A DNA stretch of 32,000 bases from contig DQ158856.1 of NCBI GenBank assembly GCA_000002455.1, positions 1 to 32,000 on the forward strand, written 5' to 3'. A program made the position numbers and the translations under genes. This document shows positions 10,963 to 21,809 of the stretch, in pieces (the stretch's first letter is position 1; each line of letters opens with the position of its first letter). The notes beneath the pieces are model-generated. The model was not told the DNA's origin. It searched no databases and saw nothing but the letters and a program-made list of their open reading frames with translations. This stretch comes from Bigelowiella natans nucleomorph (Eukaryota; Protista; Cercozoa).

Positions 10963-13900
10963 TTATTTAATTCTTATAATATCATTAATTAGTTTCTTGA
11001 TTAAAGAGAAAAAGGTTTCATGTTTATTACGTTTCATTAATAATCGAAATTTTATTTCTGAGTTGCTTTCTAACTCTGTAATATGACAAGTGTTTGCACC
11101 GTCAGGCCCTTGGAATGAGTTTTGAAAAGTTTTTTCATAATATTTTTGGAAAGAGAATAAGTTTGTCTGTGAACCCTGTACTATTTTTTTTTGAACATAT
11201 TTTTCCTTAAAATCTGGTTCCTCTAAGTACAACTCTTCCAATGGTGTATCGTAATCGTAAAATGAACCTACTGGTGAATTCATGTTAGATTTAAAATTCA
11301 TGTAATCATACTCATCTGCTTTTTCAAATGAATTGTATATTTTAGAAAAACCTTCAACAAAATCCTCATGAAAAAAGTAATCATATGCGGTAGGTTTGAA
11401 GAGCATCAAGTTTTCTAGATCATTTTTTTCATCTGTTATGGTATTGTGGTACAATACGTAATCTTCGTTTAAGAAATAATGCATTATATCCATAGTTAGA
11501 AGAAAAGGTACAAAAATACCTTTGTAAATATTTCTCTGGCAGTGAAACTCGAAGGTATCGTCAGCTATAATTAGGAGAAATCCAATTTTTTTCAAAAAAG
11601 GAGAGCCTACATCAAGCTTGATGGAAAAATCAGCATGTAAATAGGGATCGGATCTTTTGTCGAAAGAAATATCTAACTCTAAATTTGACACTGACGGTAC
11701 AAGAACCATACCTGTATTAAAATTTCCTGATAAGAAATTTTCATGTATACGATTTTTAGTCATTATCAAGTTTCTTGATAATTCGAGGTTATAGAACAAG
11801 TAATTAAATATGGAATCATTTTCCGTATAACGAATGCAAAATGAATTTGAAATTTTCTTACCATCATTATAAAGAGAAAAAGCTGTGCTTAAATCGCAGT
11901 CAAAATGTGATCTAGGAGTAATCATTGTTGTTTGTGCAAAACAAACAAAATAACCTTCATATTCTACGGCTTTAGTAAATTCAGTGGAAATGCCGCTACA
12001 AATATTCCTTGAAATTCGCTTTGATGAAAACAAAGATAATGTATAATCTAAGGATAAGCCACAATTGTAGTCAACAGTTAGATTGAATTCGATTGGGAAG
12101 TTGAAAAACCCGCGATTATTTAAATGAATAATAACCCCGTCTATGAATTCTAAGCCTTTTAGTGAGAAATCTTCTTGATATTCTTCGTCATCTGCTATAT
12201 CAATAAAAGAAGTTTCAACATTCTGTTTATCACCGATTGCAAGTATATTTTTCAATGAAGCATCTAGATTAAAAGTCTCGCCTTTTGCTATATCTATTTT
12301 ATCAATATCGAAATTATTTTGTTGCATGTTTTTGAAAATATAATTTTCTCTTTTCCAGCATAAGTACTCGAGATTGGTAAGGTTATTAATATAAGTGCTT
12401 TTCAAGTTATATTTTAACTCTCTTGGATTACACATAATATTCTCAAGTTCGATCGACTTAAAAGTGTAAAATGTTTTATCATTTTTAGAGGATCTGTATT
12501 TTTTCATTTGATTAACGAAAGTTAAATCATCTAACCAAAAAGCTTCTTCAGGAGCAGGATTATCAAGATCTGAATCAGTAGAATCATCTATTTCTCTTGT
12601 TATATTTAACATGCTATCGTTATCAAATAACAGGGAATCAATCAAAAATTCATAATCTTCTATCTCATCCAATTCATCAAAAGATTCGAGTATATCTGTG
12701 TGCTTATCAGAAGTGTTAAAATCATAATCCGAGTAACTTAACTCGTTAATTATTTGATTGAATTTTTCTATTTTGAGATTTGGGTGGCTGTTATTTAAAA
12801 AATAGATATTTTTAGCAAATTCAATATTAAAATAGCTTTGATAACAGTTTTTTTGTTTGAGATAACAGATTTTCTTTTCCTTTTTATATTCAATTGAATC
12901 CATAAAGGGCAAGGATTTTTGATTTGTAAATAAGTTAACATTTTTAACACTATTGATCAGACGATCTTGTAGAAAATCAAGAGGAAAATAACATTCAGGC
13001 CACGACATTGAACTCGAAAAACTGTAATCGTCGAAGGGAACTTCCCAAAGAGACTTATCCACCAGTATTGCATCTAAATTGATTTTAACACCTTTTAGTG
13101 TCAAATCCCATTGTGGTTGTTCATATTCTCTTAAGTGCATCGATTGTGTGTAGGCTTTATCGTCAGTTATATCTTGTTGAAATTCTTTAATCCAGTTATA
13201 ATTTTGATATTTATTTACAGATAAAACAGCATTAAGAGTCGTCATTTTAAATAATTTTAAGCCCCCTAATTTTAAAAGGTTAGATTTGTTAAAAGTTGAA
13301 ATATTAAAATTTAAATAGTTAAAGTAGAAAATTGACTGTTCGTTTAAAGGGAAACTTACTAAAAACAACGTATTCATTTGTGTAAATGTATTAGCAGCTT
13401 TTTTCGAAAAACCTGAAAATACCACATTTTCGAGCTTTTTGAAAATAAATCTATTCGATGTGTTGGATTCAAGGATAAGTTTTTTTGTCAGATTGTTAAC
13501 AATTTTTATTGATTTATCTTCAGCGACTATTTTATTATTTTTTTCTATTTGTGCTTTAGATTTAGGATTTTTCTCTATGCCGAATGTTTTGATGAAAAAT
13601 AATTTGATTAACTTTAATTTAATAATATAATTCTTTTTTGATAGAAGATTGATAACGGCCAAGTTTTTTATAAAAAATAAGGGTAAAGCTAAAGAAGTAA
13701 TTTTACCAGTTTTAAATTTTTTTTTTAAATTAAAAATAGTTTTATTTTGCGATTCACATAGATTTATAAGGTTCTTTAAATCAGTCTGATTAGTAATTTT
13801 TGATATAATTAATTCTGTATCAAAAAAAGTAGAGAACCATGAAATACTAGGGACTCTAGAGTTACAATCCTTTGGAATATTTTTAAAATAGCCAGAAGTA

Positions 13901-15264
13901 AAATAATAAGTTAACCAGTAATGAAAAAGACTTCTCTCTTGAGATATTTGGCATGATTTTTTTGAAATCTTATAAGGATAAGCGATTTTATTAACATAAT
14001 GGTCCCTACATAACGAGAGAGTTTTTGTTATAGAATTAGCTAAATGGAAATTTTTTAGATCGATAAGCCAGGTCACTTGATTGTACGAGTTGAAAGAATT
14101 TAAATATGGTATGTTACTCCAATTACAATGTGTATTAAGATCAGAATACTCTACATCAACTATGATAGTTGTTTTAGACCATACTTTTAAACCTAATTGT
14201 TTAACTATTTGAATGAAAGAAGAGAAATGGCCTATACCAAATTTATAAAGTAAAAGTTTGTCGAACAAAATTAAATTATCAAAATCAAAAGCAGTAGAAA
14301 ATAACGATCTTTGTAATGTAGTATTAAAGGACTTTAGCATTGAGTAACTTTCAGATGTAATCTCGTGAATCATGAAAATTTTAAAGTTTAAGTGTTTGTA
14401 TTTAGAGTCTAATGTATTTGTTAGATTATCATATTTTTTTTTTTGTTCTAGTATAAAAGATTCAAAAATATTTTTTCGTAGTCGTTTGCTTTTTGACATT
14501 AAGGATTGGCTAATCCCCATGACTAAGATTTTATAATTGTATTCGATATAGTTTGAAAAACTTATGTTTTCAAATTTTTGAATAATTTGAGATGATATAA
14601 ATGGATAGGTTTTAGTTTTAATTCCATTCGATCTATTTTCCAATACTGTCCTTTCTTTGAAACTTTCAAGAAGTTTGTCTACCAATTCTCTATGAGATAA
14701 TTTAGTATTGATATGAAATATAGAAAGATGAGTGATATAATCAGAGTATTTCTGACCGTATTGATTATTAAGACTCTGATAAAAAGATTCATATAAAATC
14801 CAATTTTTCGAAAATAATAAATTAGCGTTCAATCGTCTCATGGTAAAATTTGACTTGTCTTCAGAAAGCAAAAAAGAATTTTTAAGATTTTTTAAATGAT
14901 GTAAATACAACATTTTATTAAAAGTATTGGATGATTTCGATCTATTTTTTCTAAAGAATAGATCGTTTGGTTTAGAGTATAAATAACTGTAATATAAAAT
15001 TTTATTCAAAGTATGAACCATAAAGTTTAAATAAAACACAGAATTTAATGTAGTTTTTAACTCACTCAAAAATTTTTTAGATTTAGATTTGTAGCTTTTA
15101 TATTTTCTATTTTTAAAAATTGTAAAATATTTACTATTAGATAAATAGTTAGGATATAAAAGAAATTTTAAGTATTTACTTTGGTGAATCTTGTTTGTAC
15201 TAGTAATTGAGTTACAATAGCATAGTAAATTTTTATATTTATTTATTTCTTGATTAATTTGCAT
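10963..15264 (-). CDS. Large intronless protein (1433 aa), function uncertain; tentatively Toc75/Omp85-like
   Basis: A 4.3-kb uninterrupted ORF in very AT-rich DNA is almost certainly coding. Basic K/S/N-rich N-terminus, acidic central block, beta-strand-like C-terminal third. The confidence value is for being a gene; the product call is weak (about 0.3). Confidence 0.9.
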   Translation of the reverse strand: MQINQEINKYKNLLCYCNSITSTNKIHQSKYLKFLLYPNYLSNSKYFTIFKNRKYKSYKSKSKKFLSELKTTLNSVFYLNFMVHTLNKILYYSYLYSKPNDLFFRKNRSKSSNTFNKMLYLHHLKNLKNSFLLSEDKSNFTMRRLNANLLFSKNWILYESFYQSLNNQYGQKYSDYITHLSIFHINTKLSHRELVDKLLESFKERTVLENRSNGIKTKTYPFISSQIIQKFENISFSNYIEYNYKILVMGISQSLMSKSKRLRKNIFESFILEQKKKYDNLTNTLDSKYKHLNFKIFMIHEITSESYSMLKSFNTTLQRSLFSTAFDFDNLILFDKLLLYKFGIGHFSSFIQIVKQLGLKVWSKTTIIVDVEYSDLNTHCNWSNIPYLNSFNSYNQVTWLIDLKNFHLANSITKTLSLCRDHYVNKIAYPYKISKKSCQISQERSLFHYWLTYYFTSGYFKNIPKDCNSRVPSISWFSTFFDTELIISKITNQTDLKNLINLCESQNKTIFNLKKKFKTGKITSLALPLFFIKNLAVINLLSKKNYIIKLKLIKLFFIKTFGIEKNPKSKAQIEKNNKIVAEDKSIKIVNNLTKKLILESNTSNRFIFKKLENVVFSGFSKKAANTFTQMNTLFLVSFPLNEQSIFYFNYLNFNISTFNKSNLLKLGGLKLFKMTTLNAVLSVNKYQNYNWIKEFQQDITDDKAYTQSMHLREYEQPQWDLTLKGVKINLDAILVDKSLWEVPFDDYSFSSSMSWPECYFPLDFLQDRLINSVKNVNLFTNQKSLPFMDSIEYKKEKKICYLKQKNCYQSYFNIEFAKNIYFLNNSHPNLKIEKFNQIINELSYSDYDFNTSDKHTDILESFDELDEIEDYEFLIDSLLFDNDSMLNITREIDDSTDSDLDNPAPEEAFWLDDLTFVNQMKKYRSSKNDKTFYTFKSIELENIMCNPRELKYNLKSTYINNLTNLEYLCWKRENYIFKNMQQNNFDIDKIDIAKGETFNLDASLKNILAIGDKQNVETSFIDIADDEEYQEDFSLKGLEFIDGVIIHLNNRGFFNFPIEFNLTVDYNCGLSLDYTLSLFSSKRISRNICSGISTEFTKAVEYEGYFVCFAQTTMITPRSHFDCDLSTAFSLYNDGKKISNSFCIRYTENDSIFNYLFYNLELSRNLIMTKNRIHENFLSGNFNTGMVLVPSVSNLELDISFDKRSDPYLHADFSIKLDVGSPFLKKIGFLLIIADDTFEFHCQRNIYKGIFVPFLLTMDIMHYFLNEDYVLYHNTITDEKNDLENLMLFKPTAYDYFFHEDFVEGFSKIYNSFEKADEYDYMNFKSNMNSPVGSFYDYDTPLEELYLEEPDFKEKYVQKKIVQGSQTNLFSFQKYYEKTFQNSFQGPDGANTCHITELESNSEIKFRLLMKRNKHETFFSLIKKLINDIIRIK

Positions 15265-15369
15265 ATTAATAAAACTCCTTCAATTGTAGTACATAAAATT
15301 AGTACCTTTTAAATAAAGCGGGAGTAGATGTAAATTTATTTTACTATAACAGGTCTAACAATATATATT

Positions 15370-15442
15370 CTCCGATGCCGGGATTTGAACCCGAGTCTTA
15401 CGGGTGAAAGCCGTATATCCTAACCATCTAGACTACATCGGA
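15370..15442 (-). tRNA. trnE: tRNA-Glu (UUC)
   Basis: Reverse complement folds as a cloverleaf: acceptor TCCGATG/CATCGGA, anticodon arm TACGG-CTTTCAC-CCGTA, T-loop GGTTCAAATCC. Confidence 0.96.
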
Positions 15443-15553
15443 AGCAAAAATTGTGCTCTTATTTTAAGTATTCTTTAGTAAAAGGCGAAAGAATAGATAC
15501 ACTTAATCCGAAATTGATTAAATTGCTAAATACTATATTCATTTAAAACTTAG

Positions 15554-15886
15554 TCATTCTAGGTACATTTTATTAAGGTATCGTTCAATGTTTGTGTTTT
15601 TAGTTTCTACTCTTAGCCTATAGTTTTTAACAATAATTTTTTGCTTTAGTAATTTATTTTGAATTTTATTAATATCTGCATTTATTTTAATTTTTTTTTT
15701 TGCCTTATCATTATTCTTATAATTTCGATCAATAAAAATTAATAGCTTGTAAAACTCACATTTTTTTTTATGTATTAAAACTAATATATTTTTTAAATAA
15801 AGTTTTCTTTTAGTTCTTGATAGAAATGATATCTTGTTTTCATTGATAACTTTCTTGACAAAACATGCATGTTTAAATGTATTCAT
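15554..15886 (-). CDS. Hypothetical lysine-rich protein (about 110 aa)
   Basis: ATG-initiated ORF filling the space between trnE and tcpB. No recognisable motif. Confidence 0.5.
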   Translation of the reverse strand: MNTFKHACFVKKVINENKISFLSRTKRKLYLKNILVLIHKKKCEFYKLLIFIDRNYKNNDKAKKKIKINADINKIQNKLLKQKIIVKNYRLRVETKNTNIERYLNKMYLE

Positions 15887-15922
15887 AACAATTATTATTT
15901 AAACAGGGATTTTCTTTTAATT

Positions 15923-17628
15923 ATGATCTTTGTAGTTTTCTCTATAACATTTAAGAATGATTCTATGGAGATTCGTAAAGTTTACCATTTTTTATAAGAC
16001 TGTTTTTATTGGCATACTATCTTTTGTTTCAATGATTAAAAGTATTTTAGGACCATATGGACGAGTAATTAATTTTTTAAAGGAAAAGATGATCTATAGT
16101 CTCACTAGAAAAATTATAAAAACTAAATGTATTTATGTTATAACTAAAAATCTTAGGATTAAAAACCCCGTCACTTTGTTGTTTCAAGGTATGAATTTTT
16201 CAATATAGATTTCATAAAATCTTTAGAAAAAAAAATCGGGTCCGAGATGAATGCAATTGTCGTTTTAATTGGTAATGTTATTTTTAATTCGAATCTCGTT
16301 TATAAGAATGATATTGAAATAGTCAAAATAATAAAGGGTGAAGCAATTAGTTTTAGGTTTACGATTGTCAATGAAGATAGGTATTTCATCTATTGATACC
16401 AACTCTAAAATTTTACTGAAAAATCTTAGCAAAAACGCGTTATTTTGGTGGGTATATAACTCTTGTAAAACTATTTTAAAATCATCTATTAGTTTTGAAT
16501 ATATTAACTATTTTTCAAAACTAACCATGGTGGCATTATTAAAATACAAAAAGAAAAATATATTGAATGATATTAAAATAATAAGAGTGCCTGGGGGTGA
16601 TGGTAAAGTATAGAGCTCGTTAATAGGAAAGCTTTTTGGATCAAGGAATAGTCTTAAAAAATATAGCGGGTATTGCAAACGATATGTTTATTGAAAATGC
16701 AAGGTCTTTTATTCTGTCTAACAATGAAATGAGTAAAACCCCTTCTTTTTTATTCAAAGATAACAAACAAGAAACATCAAACTTTGTTAATATCCTAAAA
16801 AATTTAGATCTTCAGAATTTATTGTATAAAACTCAGGCACTAGTTAATGTTGGGTATGAGCTGCTTCTTACGAAAAATATTATTTATGAGGCCCAAGATA
16901 GATATTTAAAGCGAAGACAAATATTATTTATTGACAATTTAGATTTAAGAAGTTAAAAAACTATTATTCAGGTTTAAGGAAGATATCATATCTAGTATCT
17001 GCTTCAATTAGTACGACCAACAATGCGATAGAAAAGTATAAGATGGGTAAGATAAAAACGTTATTTTTATCAAGACTACAGGAAAAACAGTTTATAGTTT
17101 GCAAAGGTACTGAAAATGTGGGATGTTCTCTTATAATTAGAGGCAGAACAAACAATGAAATTATGTATTTCAAAAAAGCAGTATTTGATTCTCTTCGATC
17201 ATCTTTATTAGCATTGAAAGATTTAAGATTTATGTTTACTGGTGGATGTACAGAAGTAAAAGTAAGTGTATACTTATTAGCTTATAAATGATATATTCTC
17301 GTTTTCAAATTATTTTAATATTAAAGATCGTTTTTTTCTAAAACTACTAGGATCGAGTTTAGAATCTCTGATGAGTCAAGTTTATGTTAATTGTGGTCTA
17401 AATCCTGTATTTATTATAAAGAGATTGACTAAATTCAATCTTGATAGTTCAATGAAAAAAGTTTCATTTGATATTAATTCGAGAAAATTTTTTCAATCGG
17501 ATTGGATTGGTTCTTGCCAGCCCTCGAAAATCCTGGAACAAGTTTTTAAATTTAAATCATAGGTAATTATTATTTCTATTGAATTCATTGAGGTGTTGCT
17601 GAAGACTTCTGTTTTAGTATTTCAATAA
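15923..17628 (+). CDS. tcpB: T-complex protein 1 beta subunit (CCT2), 8 introns
   Basis: TVFIG...KSILGPYGREKM, IKIIRVPGG...SFLDQGIVL...IENA, CSLIIRG and KDLRFMFTGGCTE are collinear with CCT2. Introns 15980-15998, 16065-16082, 16189-16208, 16338-16356, 16608-16626, 16952-16971, 17262-17280, 17542-17562. Confidence 0.85.
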
Positions 17629-18242
17629 TATTTCTGAGAAATTAAATTGTTTAATTTTTTAGAATTAAATGAATAAATTGTGCTTCTAATTCCATTTTTA
17701 GAATTTGACTCTGTGCAACTGGAACGATCTTGCCACCCAAACTAAAAACCTAATTTTACTTTTGGTAAAATTTCGTATAACTTTGTAAATTTTGAATCGG
17801 GTTTCAATTTATAATTTTTATGTGAGTTTTTTAAAAAGAGTTTATAGTTATAGATGTATCTATTAGGAGTATCATTGAAACATTCGACACTTTTAAATAA
17901 TAAAGTATGAGATTTGTTCAACTTATTCAACATACTATATATTTTTATCAAACCCTTTTACAATTTTTTTTAATAAAGAGGATGGATTGCTGAAAAAGTA
18001 AGGACCTTTGTTTGGATTAGTCCTAGTTTTAAGATTCTTTTTTTTTAATATTCTATTATATACGTGCTCATATCGACCAGAAAAAACTAAATCTTTACAT
18101 CTTATAACTTTCTAATTTAATTAAATTTACCAATGTATAACCTTTTTTGAGTAATATCACAATGTTGGATGCTAATCTCCCTATTAGTTGATTTCTTCCA
18201 TCGATGACAATTGTCTTTAAAATAAATATTTACTTTCTTCAT
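17622..18242 (-). CDS. rpl13A: 60S ribosomal protein L13A (uL13), 3 introns
   Basis: IVIDGRNQLIGRLAS, VIRCKDLVFSG, TNPNKGPYFFSNPS and FGW. Introns 18215-18233 (19), 18112-18130 (19), 17742-17759 (18). Confidence 0.93.
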
Positions 18243-18287
18243 TGAACCTTATTTTCAAATAGTTGCTAACTGCACTTAATTAAAAGC

Positions 18288-19689
18288 ATGGGGTTTTGTT
18301 TAAACCGATCAATTAGTTTACTAAAAATTTCCCACTTTATAACAACAATTTATTATTTCATACTTTTAGCTTTAAGAGATTTAGAGAAAATTACAGTTAA
18401 TAATTCAACTCAGTACTATTATTCAACGATTTTTGGATCAACTACACACTGTGGAATAACTAAAGGTTTCCACAATTTATAAAGAAAGTGACGTTGATAT
18501 AATCTTGTTAGTTCCGTGGTTTTTTAGATCTAAGAAAATTAATCTTTACAAAAGAGTACCTTCACCAAGTGTTAGAATATTTTTACGATTTTTACAGAGT
18601 AAGTTCTTTTCGATAAAAGTTATACATTATTTTTAGTACTTAAGTATTCCAGTTGATTTTCAGTATCTAAAGAATAGTTATTCTATTTTTACTAATAGTA
18701 AAATTTTGGTAAATAATTTCGAAATATTCACTAATTATCTTAAATTAAAGTTAAAACGAAAAATCAACTCTCTAAGAACTTTAAAAACAATATCTTTTAA
18801 GGTAGCTAACAATTTTTTATTTAAAAAGTTATTAAATCATTTAAAATTTTATTTTATTAAAAATTCTTTTTATAAAAACTATGCTGGATTATTAGGGAAT
18901 ATATCCATATTAATTATTATCTTTAAGGTAATCAGATATTTATCTGATTTGACTTGGACAAAAACCGTAAGCGTCATATGTAAAGTATTAAAAAATGTAA
19001 AAGTATTTTTTAATAAAAATTCTAAAAGAGTTTGTTATAAATTATCGTGGAGAATATTGGAAAAAGTGCAAAGATTTTCTAAAATTTGAATTATTTAGAT
19101 CATCTATTTCACTGGATATATTTTCTGTTGCCAGAAGATATTACAACACATCGAGAAATTTCAAATACTATAATATAAAGCATATGATTCATTTGGTTAA
19201 AAAATTACACTTTTTTTTGTATTTTGAAGCTAGAGCAGGCTTTGTTTCTAAGTACAATTTTTTAAAACCATCAGTATTTTTTATAGAAGTACGTTACTAA
19301 CAAATAGATTCAATATGCTAATAGTGACAACGTATTAGAGAAAGGCATGATTGATTATATAAAAAAAAGCTTAAAATTTATTTTAAAAAGCATTACGAAA
19401 TTATCTAGTCCAAAAATAATTATATTCAATTTCCCAAAAAAAAATGAGAATTATTCCTGTTTAAGATCGTCCTTTCTTATACGGACTACAAAAATATCTT
19501 TAATTACAAAATTCAAACAATTTAATATCAATGGCATAATAAGATATTATAAAATTAAAGTAACAAATATGAAATGAGAAAATCTATAAAGAAATTATTA
19601 AAGATAATACATATGCAAATTTAAAAATAGTAGGAAGATCTTGGGAATCATTTAAATTTAAAGAGCCTTTTTTTCATGTTCTTTCCTGA
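18288..19689 (+). CDS. pap1: Poly(A) polymerase (canonical PAP1 type), multi-intron
   Basis: Spliced IFGSTTHCGITKESDVDIILLVP (GS + DxD), third Asp in IPVDFQY, and RKINSLR...LKFYFIKNSFYKNYAGLLGNIS collinear with PAP RSLNGCR...IKLWAK..IYSN.LGFLGGVS. Middle exon boundaries and the 3' end are less certain. Confidence 0.8.
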
Positions 19690-19721
19690 TAATAAACTAA
19701 TAATTAAAAATTAGTAATATA

Positions 19722-20469
19722 ATGCCAAAATATAAAACATTATATAAAAATATGTATAAACTTGAACCTCCTAAAATGGTAATACTTAATATAATAGAAA
19801 GTGGGGATTATTAATAAGACAAACGCTCAAATTAAAAAGAAAAAAACATTTTTAAACAATATTAATTATGATAAAAAAGTATCTGACCTAAATGATGATT
19901 TACAAATAGATAAAATAAATATCAGAAAATGGAACCATCTTTCAAAAGTCAATCAAACCATGCAAAAAACTAATCTAATTAAACTACAAAATGATAAAAA
20001 GAATTATAAATCACATATTGAAAAAGAAAGTCCTTGTTTTTCAAGAATTTACAAAGGACAAAAAGTTTTTTCAGTTTATGTAGCTCAACATAATGTAGGT
20101 GAAATTTTTACAATCGGAAATGATATTAGATGGTATTTTTTAAATTAATAGTATTATGTCAGAAAATATAAAATTACATAGTTATAAAACATCAGATCTC
20201 TTTGGAACAAGAATAAAAGCTAATGTAAGAAATGTTAAATATTATTAAAACAGATTAACAATCCTCTATTCCATGTTTTTCCGGTAGTACTAGAAAAGTA
20301 TTACAATAGAGATAATTCTGAGAACACCAGATTTAATAAAGTATCAGATTTTAAAAGATCTCCTCTTGTTTTGAAAGTTAAAAGAGCACAAATACCTGGA
20401 GAAATTTTGAATTATAGTGGAAGGAAATTTCATAGTACTAATTATTGGGTAAATTTTGATTCTCAATAA
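19722..20469 (+). CDS. S1/OB-fold RNA-binding protein (229 aa), tentatively pTAC10/PAP3-like, 3 introns
   Basis: Introns 19779-19797 (19), 20133-20151 (19) and 20234-20253 (20) give a continuous ATG-to-TAA frame. Contains the S1-like segment IYKGQKVFSVYVAQHNVGEIFTIGNDIRC...GTRIKANVRNINNPLFHVFPVVL. Confidence 0.65.
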
Positions 20470-20487
20470 ATAAGTAAAGAGTATTAA

Positions 20488-20706
20488 TTAATACATGAAC
20501 CAAGAATTTAATAGAAATAATTTAAGCGTTGAGACTGTGACATTATATTTAAGTGATAAAGCTTTTAAAAGACCGTAGTTTTCTAAAATGAAGCTAATAT
20601 TATCTCTATGAATCTGAGAAATCCATTCTTTTTCTGATGTTCTTCTATTTCCAGTGCCTTCATATTTCCAAAAAAGAAAATCTAATTGATTACTGAAGAC
20701 TAGCAT
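20488..20706 (-). CDS. sf3b5: Splicing factor SF3B5/SF3b10 (72 aa, intronless)
   Basis: QLDFLFWKYEGTGNRRTSEKEWISQIHRD matches SF3B5 QLEHLQSKYIGTGHADTTKWEWLVNQHRD. ATG at 20706. Confidence 0.9.
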   Translation of the reverse strand: MLVFSNQLDFLFWKYEGTGNRRTSEKEWISQIHRDNISFILENYGLLKALSLKYNVTVSTLKLFLLNSWFMY

Positions 20707-20808
20707 TAGAATATTTATGAGTATACGTAGAAAATAAAGGAAGAACAAAATTAAAAACGGTTTAAATTAACAAGATGTATAAGAAAATAATAAATTTTCA
20801 GAGCAATT

Positions 20809-21732
20809 TTATCGATGTAAAAAGTAATATTTAAGGGGTATTTGTAGTAATAAGTATAGATGTCTATTAGATTTTCTATTAAAAATAATAATACTATTCA
20901 AAAATAAGAGTTGGGTTAGCTTTATTAAGCTTTTTATACTATTTTTCGATAATAAGGATAGAACCGATACTTTGAAAAAGTTAAAAGGATAAGAGTTTTT
21001 TTTCATGTAGCTAATAAAATTAAATATACGTGTTAGAATCGTCTTTTAAAAGAAGGAAACAATTACTTTTGAGGCAAGAATCTACAAAATATTCTGATTT
21101 TATGACTTGTTCGTATATTTTTTCTTCTATAATCATTTTTTTCTTTGTTATAAAATAAAACTTTTACCATGAAGACTAACAAGTTTAGTTTATTGTTTGT
21201 TTTCGAAATATGTTGATAACTTAATAAATTAATTTGGTTCAAATATTTATAATAATGTGTTAAACAATATTGCTGCAAAATGATTATATCATTTTTATTA
21301 AACTGATTTAAACAGTAATTAAATAGTAAATAATTTATCTATACAGGATATACTACTTTTTTATTAAATTCGTTGATATGAATTAGTAAGTACTTTTTGG
21401 TTTTTTCAATCCCCTTTGTAGTTTTTGTATCAGAAATAGAAAGATAGGGTATAATTTTCTCGATATCGCTATCGTTGATAATTGTTTGAAAATGTAACAA
21501 TGAATTAGAGGAACTATCAATATTAATTAGCAATTTTTTTATGTAAATGAGAAAACTGTTTATATTAATACCAGATTTATAATATAGTATTAATTGGATT
21601 TTTTGGTTGACTCTTAATATTTTTTGCCTAACAATACACTGAAACAAAATATTGTATAAATGTAGATTGCTATATTATAAAATTACACCTTAAAGATACA
21701 AATACGAAGCAAGCCATTAATAACAGCTGCAT
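20809..21732 (-). CDS. Hypothetical multi-exon protein or proteins
   Basis: ORFs 21339-21647 and 21063-21278 join through an 18-nt GT-AG intron, and a 19-nt intron links an upstream ATG at 21732. The link to 20809-21006 is unresolved. No motif recognised. Confidence 0.4.
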
Positions 21733-21809
21733 ACAATTATTATTTTGAGGAACTTTGATACTATTTACACTTTGCTATAATAAGTAATTAATAATAAAAA
21801 AAAGATTTT

